This document shows, one piece after another, positions 1 to 12,822 of a stretch of DNA of 64,000 nucleotides; the stretch's first letter is position 1; each line of letters begins with the position of its first letter. The notes under the pieces are model-generated. The model was not told where the DNA came from and did no database searches. It saw only the letters and a program-made list of their open reading frames with translations. The position numbers and the translations under genes were made by a program. The stretch is from Dipteris shenzhenensis. Its lineage: Eukaryota. The DNA lies in assembly GCA_047967505.1 (NCBI GenBank), contig CM106538.1. One strand, 5' to 3'.

Positions 1-3000
1 ATTTTTCAAGATGAGACAAAGGTGGGAGGTCCACACAGCCAGTCGTAAAATATTATGCACACACTTCTCAATGCTCCCCTCTTGAAGTAGAGGTGGCATT
101 TATAGCAGTGCCTCCCCAATAAATGAAGGGTTCTCTTGGGAGATGAAGCGTCCTTTAAAATGATTCATTTTCCCTTATGTACACAAATCATCTCAGTCTT
201 GGGATCTCCAAAGTATCCAAATAATCCTATAGTTAATTGTCCAGTGAATATTGGCCTTCGAGTTTTTAATAGCATGACTATTCATGCATATCAAGTGACC
301 TATTCTTTACCCAATACCCCCATGATTATAGTACACACATTTTTTTTCCTTTAAAAGCCTTTTCTTTAAGACTTCCCCTTTATAACAAGGCAAGAATTGT
401 CCCTAATCCCACACTTCTCTTGAGTCCAATTTCCCCCCCCCTTTTTTTTAAGGGTTAGTTTCATGTAATTGCCAGGTTATGGTTAATTATATACCCATTG
501 GGGTTGTTAGATCTTTGAAAAAATATATAGGTCATGTGTCGTTCAACCTATAGCATAGAAAAAATCATTTATATACATGGGAAAAAAACCCCCACTCCTT
601 GACCAGAATTGTCAGGAAGGGGTGCGTGTGTGCATGTGTTTGACTGAACTTTGACTGAACTTCCTTAGAGCTTCAAAACTTTCTTATATCTTTATGTGTC
701 AAAGAGTCATCTAGGGGATCCTTTGCTAGTTGACCTTTTTCCCTCTTTCACTCCTTTACACTAATAGGTTGGTCTTTCTTTCGCTTGGGGCTTTTTTCGT
801 TTGTCTAAGGTTTTGAACTTGTTATTCCTTTCACTAGTAACCCTTAAGTCACCCTCTCTTCTTTCAATTAAATAGCAAGTTTAGCCTATTTACTCTAAGC
901 TATGTTATGCTACTCAAGGTGAAGGGGAAGCCATGTATTGGGAACCGAGTGTCAACATGGTAAATGAGCTGGTGCAACATGAGGTAAGTGATATGAAGAA
1001 ACTAAGCCGCTTAGCTAAGAATGAACACTTAAAAGTATTACAAGATCAAACATGAAACTAAAATATAATGCTCAGTTATATTAAGGTGAATTTCTTTTGG
1101 CGTGTTTGTATTACAAGTAGCTGAGTTATTGACAAAGTGTGTCCCCTCTTGTGTGTGGAGGTCTCTCTCATGGGCAATATTGTGCGGAATACAACTCTCT
1201 CAAAAGAACTCTCAAGTCGTCGATGACTATTTATTGGAGCCTTTTCTATCTCCTTGGCTCCTGTGTTAGCTCTTTATTATGTCATAAGTGTCTTCTCTTT
1301 GGTAATAGCCATTGCCTTTCCCTTCTAAGTATTGCTTCTCCCTTATATGGATTCACGTCTCTATGTATTACATCCCTCTATCACCTTAACCATGTTCAAT
1401 TATCCTTGTGCGATTCTTGATGCGTCAAATTCAGCCATTGTCTGGATGTGTTGGTTGGGGTATGGTGTGGAGGTGTTGGGCTCAGTGAGGAGAACGGGGG
1501 CAATGAATGGGTTCAACCTATGTTGATCTTACCTGGGTGCCTGGAAAGGGGCGAGTAAAGAGGCGGGTGCCTTTAAAATGTTTGTATCTTCCCCTTTTTC
1601 TCCTTAGAAGACCTAATAAAGAGGCATGAAAAAGGTAAAATATGCTTATGTGTCAAGCTCTTATAAAAAGTCGAGTTAGCCAACATGTGGCACAATATTG
1701 GCCCACCAATGTCTTTGGTACCAAGCTAAAATTTGAAAAATTAATGTTCTCCCTCTATGTTTATTCATGCGATGCCTTCATATTTTTGAAAATGTGAAAA
1801 ACTCAATAGGCACAATCCCTTACAATACCACAAAATTAGTTATGCACGAGACTAGCCCCTTTACCCTAAGTGCTTAATCTTATTTCATCCAATGCCAATT
1901 AGAAAGCGTTTCCTTGTCCTCTAACAATGTTACATCGCAACCCTTAAACCATGGATATTATAGAATCCATTGGAAAATTTTCTATAATCCGAAAGGCTAA
2001 TTGGAAAGAAGCACTAGAGTTCTAGGCCTTGCTGGCACCTTGTTGTCTCCATTACTATATCTTCAAGTTAGTCAACTTGTAATGATTATTCCTTGTGATT
2101 CTTTCTCATATCTTTCAATTTTGGAGCTCTTGATATTCTTATATGATAATTTTTTGTATCATTTTTTGTAGTTGTGATTTTGATATTAAATCATTTTTTG
2201 TAGGTAAATGTTATTAAGTTCATCAGTGGTTTGAGCCTAGGGGTCCCACTAAGGAATATTAAAATACATGAATCATAAGAATGGTTTATTAACTGGTCAT
2301 TTTACATTTTTTTCACAAAAGTATACTTATAGGAGGGATTTGAAAATTGAAATTTAGAAAAAGTTAAATGTTCATGAAGGATTATGATAAAAACCCTATG
2401 AATAATAAGGTACTAAAATTGACCCTTTGAGTGCATGTGCTGTCTAGAATACAAAAGTTATATACATAGGGTTATCTAGAATACGAGGGTTATATACAAA
2501 GCCCTACTTGAATCATATTAGGCTATTCACACTATGTCCTTAGCCTTTACAACATCCTTTCTACTCCTATTATGTATAGATTGACTCCTTTTGTACATTG
2601 TAATTTACATCCTTTAACACCTCTTAAATTGGGCCCTTCTATATACTTAATTTAAAAGTTGAAGAATATAAGCTTATTTTCAAAAACCCTACGAGGACCA
2701 TACTAGGTTGTACACTCTTAGCATTTAAAGCACATCCTTTCTACACTTATGGATACATTGGCCCCTTGTGCACTTCATTTTACATCCTTAACACTGCCTC
2801 TTAAATTGCACTTCATAAGATGAGTGTGATTACAAAAGAAAATTATGTACAATGATGTACATTGTTGATGCAAAAGTTGGAGCAAAACAAAAAAATGTTG
2901 GAGCAAAACTAACAAAATAACAAAACAATGCAACTTATTGTTTGTTACTGATGAGACTAAGTTGCAAGAGGTTTTAAGAGACTCCAAGTTGATCTGTAAA

Positions 3001-4271
3001 GCAGAAGGATTTGCCATGGCTCAGTAGTTTTGTGAAGATATCTACTACTTATTCATATGTGTGACAATAAATAAGATCATTATAAAAGTTTTAGAATACA
3101 AAACATTAGAGGAATTTTGGACTCCAAAAAGGCCTTATAAGGAGTGGATTAGCAAAATGGATAAAGAACTAACAAGGCCTATAGAGGGTGCCATCACCCC
3201 ATATGAATCCAAAAAGTACACCTCCCTAGGCTTTGGTGGTTCCAAAAAGTGCACCTCCCTCTCCCACTTGGAGGGGGCCTCCACTTACAAAAATTCACCC
3301 TCTTTACACCATAAGGTGGTCCCCATCTCGTGGGTACCACTCCCCCAAAAAATTTGACTTTTTTGAAAACTTCAAAACTGACCTAAAACCCTTCCAAACC
3401 TTCCCCCAAACCATGCCTATGCACCCAAATCACTTTCCAACAGCCAAATCCTACTTCTTCTCACCATAGTCACCTTCCAACCCCTAAATCGTACTCTTTA
3501 TCACCATAATTACTTTTCAACCCCTGAATCCAATTTTTTCTCCCCATTTTGTTATGTTGTAATCTCAAATCTATGTTGCTTCCATTGATCCTATTCTACC
3601 TTGTACTAGTTTAAAATCTTTTTTCTTTTGACTTTCATGATTTATTTTTTCAAATCCTCTTATGGTTCCATTGGAAGATCACACCAACAAGCCATTAAAA
3701 AGCACCTTGCACATTGAAGTTGCACTAGACTATGCTACGCCTCTTTAATGCAGTGGCCACAAGATCGTTGACAAAGAAACATTAGATTGACTACAATAGC
3801 CATTAGATCGTTTTAACAAGTGCTCCATCTATGTTTGAAAATGTGACATGGTTTGTTTCAATATGTAGGAGATGGTCTTCAAGGCTTACATGGCTATTGT
3901 AAATTCATTGGTCATACTAGTGCTGAAGCCCAATTTACCATGATTCACTTGTTGAGAATGGAAGAAAATATTAAAAGACTTAAATATACCACGCATACTC
4001 TCCATGAACAACTAACTCAAGAATTAAAAAACTTTCTGATTCTAAAATTACAAAAAAACATCACAAGAGGCAATCACAAGATTAGTTGGTGATAAGAGCA
4101 AATTGTTGAAAGAGACTTGGTCCCTCTAGCAATATCTTGCTACATTAACTAGGAGATTAGAGAAAATAAATCCCTCTTTGTTACAAGCACAGGATCAAGG
4201 CTGTGTAACCAATGGAGAGCTTGGTATATGGTGATGGAGCAAGGAAGCATAGGGTGCAAGCTACATATTGA

Positions 4272-4286
4272 AACAGTGTAACATCT
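4272..4286 (+). repeat. Left terminal inverted repeat
   Basis: AACAGTGTAACATCT, preceded by TTGA. Confidence 0.85.
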
Positions 4287-4773
4287 CATTTGAGAACTAT
4301 AACCTCAAAAAGAGAACTCTAGGGGAATCTTTGAAAGATTTCCTCTTTTTCATGTGAATTTTATGTTTATTTGAAAAAGATAGCCTTTTTGCGTGACGGT
4401 TTTTGAAAAATTTCATAAAAACCATGCTTTTGTGAAATTTTGTCGACAAAGTTTTTTTGGAAAACGGGCACAAACACCTACACTTGGAATACCAAATTTG
4501 CAAAAAATACATTAATTTTTTAAAACCAATACAATAAGGGCCTATGCATCCAATGCTCATAAAAGGACCATGGCATAACACATTTCAAAATCCTAAAAAG
4601 GTACAAATCACATTGTTGCACAAACATACATGCCACTGATCCTACAAAGAATAATACTTATCCTTTGATCCTACACCTTCAAATGCACTAGAGCCTGAGC
4701 TTTGTGTGGTAGAAGTTGAACATCCTTCTCTAGGCTATCCACTAGAACATTCTCCGAGTCAACCTGGGTAAGT

Positions 4774-7641
4774 TTAGCTGCCACCCTCTTTTTTGCATGG
4801 CGTGTCTTGGCTTCCATTTGTTGACTGCATCCAATTAATGTCTTTAATATTTTTTGGGATATTATGTATTGTCTCCTTTGGTAAATGCCCGGCTTGTGTT
4901 AATTGAAATGCATATACCAAAATATCTACCTCATCCAATTGTAGAGTATCAATTCTTGGACAATTCTTTGTCGCCCTCTTCCCTTTTTGGCCATGCTTCC
5001 TTGTTACCACCATCTCTGGGTTATATCGACCCATGAAAGCATCCATGGACTTGGTGAAAAACCAATGGACCTCTATTGACTTGGTGTTTGAACCTTCCTT
5101 TTTGACTTTCACAACTTTAGCAATCCAAAAAGGAAATCCACTAGGATCATTTCTTGCTAAAACAGCAACCATCATACCCACTGCCAAGTCCTCGATGATA
5201 CTACTCCACATTTCTTGAACCCTTTCCCTGGCCTTTTTTAGACTTTCTTGCTCCAAGGTACATTTCTCTCTCCTCCCCAAGATAGTTCTTCTTTGAAGGT
5301 GCATGTAAATGCGCACTTGAAGAAGCATTCATACGTGCATTTACAAAATCTTGTTCAATGCATTGTGGCCAACTAAAATCTGACACATCTTGGGGGTCAT
5401 TTAGTAGGTGATTGATAAGTGTTTGGGATACAAAGAATGGATTCCACCATGTCCACACCACATCTTCAAAATATGTTGCAACATGCTGGATTGTTTCTCT
5501 AATCTCATTGACTGAACTTATAGGGTTTGCATCTCTCCCCTCCTTCATGGCTCGTTGCAACTCCCTCACTGATTGTAAAGGTTGTAAGGGTGCCACATAC
5601 AACTCACACTCTGGAACACACTTCAAAAACTTCAATCCTTTGACTGGAACCCAAGTTGGTGATGTGGAATAGAACTTCCCCCACAACAACGTCGTGCCTT
5701 CTTGATCTTTCTTCATTCGAAATTGGTGTTGAAAGCTTAACTCGTTGAGCTTCTCAATAGATCGATCAATTGGCTTGTTGTCACCAAACACAAAGTGTCT
5801 GAAATCTGTTGTTTTTTCCATGTTTGTAATTATCAGTTTTGGCACATATGCATCCTATAAAATGCGTATCATTGCCCTATCCCATGCTTCTTTCCTTCTC
5901 AGCTTTACTGAGAACTAGCTAAACATCTAATCAATATGGTCGTGTGTGTGACCCACCATAAGGAATCCTAATTTCACTTTTAGAAATATGCCTTTCTCAA
6001 CAAGCATGCAAAGATATGCCAACACAACTTGATTCTTGTTCTCTCTCGATGTGTTATCAAGTTGGACATACAACACTTTTGGAAGAGGTTGTGTAAGATT
6101 CCTCAATGCATCATTAAGAATGAAAACTGTGAGATTTCTTACATTTGGTGTCGTAAGATAAACCTTGGGGATTAATTCACCATGGTAGATCATGCATCCA
6201 ACCATGTGATATGTGATGAAGTTCTCCTCTTTCAAATCATTGGGCACTGGTTTGAAGTGTGGAAGATTGGTCTTCTTTTGATCCATCCCATCAATGATGA
6301 TGGTTATGTACTTGTCAGGCTGTTGGTAGCTCTTCTTGCGATGTTTCGCTAACTTCTTCCTTTCTAGAGCTTGCATTTCTCAATGCATTTGCAATTTTGT
6401 GATTGTTTCTTCTGCAAATATAGAAAACAATTAGATGTTGCAAGCAAACCATTTTTGTCAAAAAGAAGCAAAATTTCACGGTATCATTACACACACCTCT
6501 CTCTTGTCCTTGACTTCTATTATGCAAGACCTTCAAGTTTGCACATGTGGCACACACACCAAAGCGACAAAGCTTTGGTATCTTCACATTGTTGAATTCA
6601 TTCTTCCAAATCCTACAAAAATGATGGTATGTCACGTACTTGTCACCTGTAGTAACCATGGCATCCTTGTACATGGAATGGATCTCAAGCTTGGAGAAAT
6701 TATCTGATAAGTGCAACTAGTCACTATTTAGAAGAGCCTCGGCATGTTTTTGCACAAAGTCTTGCAGCCACAAGCATACCATATTGCCATGTGGTCCAGG
6801 CACTCTTATTTTCCTGCTATACAAGTGCAGGGGTCTTTATAGAGGTGGGCCTATAATCTTTTTAGCCTTTTGTTGCCAAGACAATGTGCAAGTCCATATG
6901 CTTTGCAACAAACAATCCTTGAAACGAATTTTGTTCATATTGTTTTCCGTAGGTCTTACAAACCATGCTAAATAAAAATTTTGATCATCTTTATTCATTT
7001 CAACATAATTTTGCCACCGTAAGACCCTTAATTTTGCAACCCCAAAAGTGACTAGGCACATTCTGCTACAGCAAAGAGTATTGCAAGTCTCTTTCAAATG
7101 TGCAGTGTCTAGCATTATACGAGATCTCCCTCTTGTGTAGCTAGACTTTTTGACGTCCACATTCATTGGTCTTCCCTTTAGTCTTAATAGACGAGATTGA
7201 ATTCCACTTCCCCTTTTGTGATAGCCGAGACAGTCATTGAGATCCATCTGGATTAGATGTCCCTTGTAAGAAATAATTTCTAGCTCCAAAAACAAAACAA
7301 AGAGAGCCATTGAATGAACTTAGACATGGACCACATACCTGATAACACTTGTTGACCTCTCGTGCTTGCTTCGACATCTATTATTTCATTGTCTTCAATG
7401 GGAATATCAGGTCCATGGATTTGAGTACCTAGGCTTCTATGTCCACCATCATGCTTAGGTAAAGGAGTAGGAGACACATCCAAGGTGGCCAAAAAGGTTC
7501 CACCACTAGTACAAAATACATGCAATGTAGCAAAGCACCCTTGGAACTGTGAGAAGAAGAAATTGAGATAGACGTAGTGTCAAATAAACCTCCCATGCAG
7601 AAATTTGGCAAGCTTCAAAGGGGATGCCCCAAAAGTGCCAT
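4774..7641 (-). pseudogene. Sola/DUF7869-like DDD transposase (stops and frameshifts; GT-AG intron at 6496-6412)
   Basis: Motifs CCSRMC, FCRIWKNEFNNVKIPKLCRFGVCATC, IIIDGMDQKKTNLPHF, LYVQLDNTSRENKN, FLMVGHTHDHID. Removing intron 6496-6412 joins ORF 6716 in frame to ORF 6376. Start and end coordinates are approximate. Confidence 0.8.
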
Positions 7642-8319
7642 GCAACAATGAAAGGTAGAAATTATGTGCCTGACCATAAAAGTCAAGGTTAGGTTTAGGG
7701 TTTTGGAGCATAGAGGAATTTCTAAAAATAGTATATTTTCTCTATAAACATGAGATTCTCACATTTGTTTCTCATTATTTCCAAATATGCCCAAGAGTTC
7801 AAAGAATCACCAGGTATGTGCAATTTTCTTATGGTTAAGTGTGTTTTATTTTTAATTCAGTCATGAAATCAAATTTTACTGTGTGCTTCAATATAATTTA
7901 CCGTATTTAAAAAATGGGGGTGGTGTGCTTGAATATTATTTAAAGTACTTTATGTTTGCTTTTTTGAAAGCACATTGCTTTGATTGCTAGTCTATCCTAT
8001 TTTACTAAAAATAAAAAGAAACATTTCTAAAACTAAATTCCTCTATATTCTACCCCAATCCCTTCTTGTTAGTTTCTCTAACCTCTCCATCTCTCCCTCT
8101 ACCATCTACCCCTCTCAGCTCTCCAGCTTTGCTAGGTAAGCTCTCCATCTCCTCATGCATTTGTTTAATTTTTTTTGGACTGAAGGGAGCTGCTTCTTCC
8201 CCGCCATCTTTTTCTTCTTCTTCCCCACCATCTTCTTCTTCTTCTTCCCTGAGCTCCCCCACTGATGCGCCCGTCGATTCTCCTCCCCAACCTCTTTTTC
8301 CCCTCACAGATTCAACACA

Positions 8320-8486
8320 CCTTCCACCATGCATGCAACCCAGTCGATGATATCATCGATTGGGCGCTTGCCCGGTCGATGATATCATTGACGAGCTGGT
8401 AGCCTGTCGATGATATCATCGACCGGGCAATGCGCCCATCAATGATATCATCGACTAGGCTACCAGGCTGCATGCATGGTGGAAGG
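8320..8486. repeat. Long hairpin containing four copies of palindrome GTCGATGATATCATCGAC
   Basis: Copies at 8343, 8375, 8406 (perfect) and 8438. Outer arms CCTTCCACCATGCATGCA (8320-8337) and TGCATGCATGGTGGAAGG (8469-8486). Confidence 0.92.
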
Positions 8487-8499
8487 CAAGGTGTTAGCC

Positions 8500-8500
<1 letters not shown>

Positions 8501-8552
<52 letters not shown>

Positions 8553-8659
8553 AGGGAGAGAATCAGAGAGGGAGTTAGGGAGAGAGGGAGAGAAGGAGAG
8601 AGAGAGTTAGGGAGAGAAGGAGTTAGGGAGAGAGGGAGAGAGAGAGTTAGGGAGGTAGG

Positions 8660-8709
<50 letters not shown>

Positions 8710-8716
8710 GTGAGAG

Positions 8717-8766
<50 letters not shown>

Positions 8767-8772
8767 GGAAGA

Positions 8773-8814
<42 letters not shown>

Positions 8815-8859
8815 GTGAGAGGGGAGAGAGAGAGAGAGAGAGAGAGAGAAATAGGAAGA

Positions 8860-8952
<93 letters not shown>

Positions 8953-8972
8953 TAGTTGGAGAGAGGGAGAGG
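8501..8972 (+). repeat. Interrupted (GA)n microsatellite upstream of the ParB-MTase gene
   Basis: About 470 bp of GA dinucleotides with recurring AATAGTGAGAGGGG and AATAGGAAGAAAG interruptions. Confidence 0.95.
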
Positions 8973-9352
8973 GTTTTTTGGTAAATTTTGTTTATTTTTT
9001 GGTCAATTTGTATTGAAAAGCAAAATTTTCTCTTCGAATTATGGAGTTGTTTTTTGTGTTTTTAAATTAAATTTGTGAGAGAGAGAGAGGTGTTTTGGCC
9101 ATAATTTTGTAGTTTTTGCATTGTAGTGTTGTTACTTTCCATGCTTTTTTCTTTTTTATTCTCTAGTCCAAAATCATGTTCCAGTAATAAGCATGTCGGC
9201 ATCTTTTTCCATGAAGAATGTAGATGTTAGAAGCTCAAAGTCTTTTTAGAAACCATCAAACTTGTTGTACTAGCTTTTGTTTTTTTCAACTTGAGATATT
9301 CTCTCCATGATATCATAATATTTTGACATTGTTTATGTCTTTTATAGGTATC

Positions 9353-12300
9353 ATGTCGAACAAACAACCTTTCGGAGAAATCCGTGTCTTTGGAAAGCCC
9401 ACATCGGAGGATGCTTCCAAAAGATAAGGGTGGAAAAGAAAGGCACCAAGGAACCAAAGAAAAGTGTCAAGGATCCAAGTCTTGAGGTGCAACAGCTTCA
9501 ACAGATTTATGATGTTCCTGCTCCGTTGGATGTTCGTTGCAAATTCGAAAATTATGGGACATAGCGAAGTACACAATAACATTGATTCAAAATGGACCAT
9601 CAAAGTTGACACTGATACAAAAGAGATTACTTTGTTGCTTCCAAAGACACTTCCCACTGGAAGATCAGTTTTTAAGCCAATAATATAGATTAAAGATATC
9701 TCAAGAAGTGAGTCCAATGAGGAATGTGTTGAAATGCTTGGGATTGATAACAATAAGAAACCTATTGTTTGTATTGTTATGGAAGAGAAGTTCTCTTTGA
9801 AAGCTGTTACTCCACCCGCTATAGCGGAACAAATAAAACAAATCAAAGAGGAAGGGAAGGTTAGTTACTATCGATAAGTAATTTCTAATTTTCTATGTTT
9901 ATGTAAATTCTTTTGAATACTATGAGAGATTCAACTTTGTTTTGTGTGTCCAGAATCTTATTTATCACTTGACAAATCAAATTGTGGAGGTTGATGAAAT
10001 AATCAAGGAGATGGAGGTATCAACTTCCAATAGTGATTCTGAGGAGCATACAGAGGAGGGTTATGAAGAAGATACCGCAACATCACCAATCAAACCAAGA
10101 GATTCTTCAAAGTCAAAAGGAAAGGGATCTTCCATGTTGGAGCTGAAAATTTTGGGTTTAATACACAAGGATTAAGAACTCCCATGGGTTCACATGGATT
10201 GAGAGCACCTTCTCTTTTAGGCCATCATGGATTGAGTGCACCCCCACGTGGGCATGGTTTGAGCGCACCCCCAAGTCGGCATGGTTTGAGTGCACCACTC
10301 CCGAAAAAATGACCTCTATTGGCTACAAGTGCGTTTCCTCTTGAGTCTTATGAGGATGTTGTTGAGGAGACTCCATCTATTGCACAAGGGAAAAAACAGA
10401 GTAAACCAGGATCAAAGGCTCCAAGGAGAGTACAGCCATTGGATATCATTGAAATCCCAACTAGTGGTGAGCTGCAAGTACCAGGAGCTGACATTGGAGA
10501 TGGTACCTCAGATACACAACAAAATAGAGTCCGAGCAAAGGTACAACAAGATAACCTTGTGGATCGACAGACTTTCTTCTTGCACATTGATCATGTTATT
10601 AAACCTCCTATTGATCCTAGGACTGCTGGCCTTCGACCATTTGAGGTGCATGCAATACATCCTTTCCATATTGAGAATTTGAAGTCATGAAGGAAGGACA
10701 ATCTACATGCACAAGTTGTGAACTACATTGTGCTCGTGGATACAAAAGATTGTCTAGACAATGCATCTTTTGATCGTCGGAAAGCAAATGATTATAACCA
10801 CTTTGTTCTTGGAGGCTTCCATTCAACAAAGGCAAAAAGGCAGTTGAATATTGAGTTTCCATGCAACTCTCATTACAAGACATGTAATTGTACAGTTTAT
10901 GCTGGTTTGACTGATTTGGAGCAAACTTACTGGCTTTTGATCACAATAATGACAATGACTATAGGAAGTCCATGTCTTGGATAGAACGGGTTCGTTTCCA
11001 TCACAATGAGCTCATTTACAAAACTCAATGAGGATTGTTCTTTGATCACTCTAGAGTTTCACTTGTCTTTGTTGAATGAGACTAGGATTTCCGCAACAAT
11101 TAAAGATCCGTCAAGGCCAAGTGACAGCTTCAGATCATGGGACGGTTTCAAATTGCATTTCATAGTGGAGAAGTTTGGGATTTGATAAATGCAATTTTTT
11201 CAAAGTCGGAGAATTTTGAAATCAAAGGGCATAAAAAACTCAAACCTAAAGGAGTCAAGAAAGAAACCTAGACCTTGAGAAGGCATTACCTGAAGAAATT
11301 CGAGCCACAGCATAGAAGAGCATGTAGGGAATTAAAGATGAGATTCTAATTAAGTATGTGCTTGGCAGAGTGGTGTTTGGGGATCTCTCTTTAGATGAAA
11401 TGGCAATGAATTTGATGAGTAAGTAAACTTCTCTCCTTTGCATCATGTCTCTTCTTGATTTTACGTTAATCTCTTTACGAATAATGTTTCAATAGACTTT
11501 GTTTCAACTGTAAAAGTGAGAAGAATTTTACATGTGTTTTCAATGCAGGCATAAAATATACATGAGAATGCAGGAAGCAATGATCCAGCAATTGAACATG
11601 CCAGATTGGGATGCTATTCAGGAGGAGTATCCAGAGAGTAGTAGGATGGAGAGCTTGGCTCCATATTTCAATGTATTCAAAAGCATGGTATGTCAAATTT
11701 GGTATACATATGCTAATGGAAATTTTCTTTCGAATTGTAGATTTGAATGTTTAAGATATTGAGCTATTTTTTTGACAACCACCTCCAGAAAAGAGGCAAG
11801 AAGGGATCTGAGAGTAGTATGATGCCTGCAAGCTTTAAGCGATTGATTGACCGGGCTGCAAAAGAAAAAGACCGTCAAACTTGACAACAATCTATAACTC
11901 TTAGTGATGACATGTTAGAGTTTGACAACCATCCACCAAACTTTTATCGTGTGCTCAACGAAGATTGCAATGAATTGTCGAAGATAGTTCCAAAGAATGA
12001 GTACACATTGGTCATTGCAAACAAACCATATAGATTTGATGTTCCCGGATCCACCTTTGATGAGGTCCCTTACAAAGAAAAGGAACTAATGAGTCTCCTT
12101 GACCAATTCATGTCAATTACGATGGCAACACTTTGGCATGTCATAATTTTTCATTCAAACTTGCAGTATGGGGCAGTGATGAGTGTCATCAATGATAAAT
12201 GTGCTAGATGTGACCACCTTTATTGATGAGTGTAGCAATGAAATGCAAAGATTTTTTTGGCTCAATTATTATTGTTATAATTGTGGTTTCTTTTGATAAA

Positions 12301-12822
12301 TTTAAAACTTATTTTTGTTTCATGTCGTAGGATGAAACCCAATGTGAGACAAATGAAAGGACATCGATTCACGTCTACTATAGAAAACATTTCAGTTGGG
12401 TATTGTATCAAAAACCACAACTCCTAATTAATCAACTCATAGATTTGTTTTCAAATGAGTATGAGTGGGTACTCGATTTATTTGCTGGTTCAGGCACAGT
12501 CACAGCACGTGCCTTAAAAAAGGGTCGAAATGTAATTGCAATTGAAAAAGATCCTATTCAATGTGATTACATAAAGAAGAGAGTGACTGCTATTCATCAC
12601 TTGCCTGATGAGCATCAGGAGCTTGGTTTGAAAGGTGGGAAGTTCAATGTAGATTCGGTGGTAGCCTCGTCAAGGGAGCCCCAACCTCTTGAGCTATTGA
12701 AACCCGATTTTATGGAGGCAAGCGAGCTAGCTGATACATGGGAGAAGGAGGTTGTGAAAGAGAAAGCGATTGACAAACCCATACAGGAAACCCAGACTGG
12801 GAGGGTGATGAAGATGAGGTAG
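9353..12822 (+). pseudogene. Spliced gene: ParB-like domain fused to beta-class N6/N4 DNA methyltransferase
   Basis: ParB-like segment LRPFEV..HIENLK..NYIVLVD..FVLGGFHS..VYAGLT..LAFDHNNDN (10570-10990). Catalytic motif LVIANKPY (NKPY at 12020-12031) precedes QKPQLLINQLIDLFS..VLDLFAGSGT..GRNVIAIEKD (12409-12552). Frame-preserving introns at 9860-9953, ~11423-11548, 11688-11788 and 12226-12330 (donor apparently mutated GT>AT). Several stops and frameshifts. Confidence 0.85.

Noticed and set aside
1-2400. Genes or a defined TE at the window start
   Set aside because: Only short ORFs without recognisable motifs; probably decayed repeat sequence that I cannot assign.
8343-8455. CRISPR-like repeat-spacer array
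   Set aside because: Spacers are only 13-14 bp, two of them are near reverse complements of each other, there are no cas genes, and the context is eukaryotic.
8430-8984. Arg/Glu-rich ORFs
   Set aside because: They are translations of the GA microsatellite.
9353-12822. Bacterial or phage contamination as the source of the ParB-MTase
   Set aside because: The gene has frame-preserving spliceosomal introns and lies inside TIRs with a TSD in plant repeat DNA.
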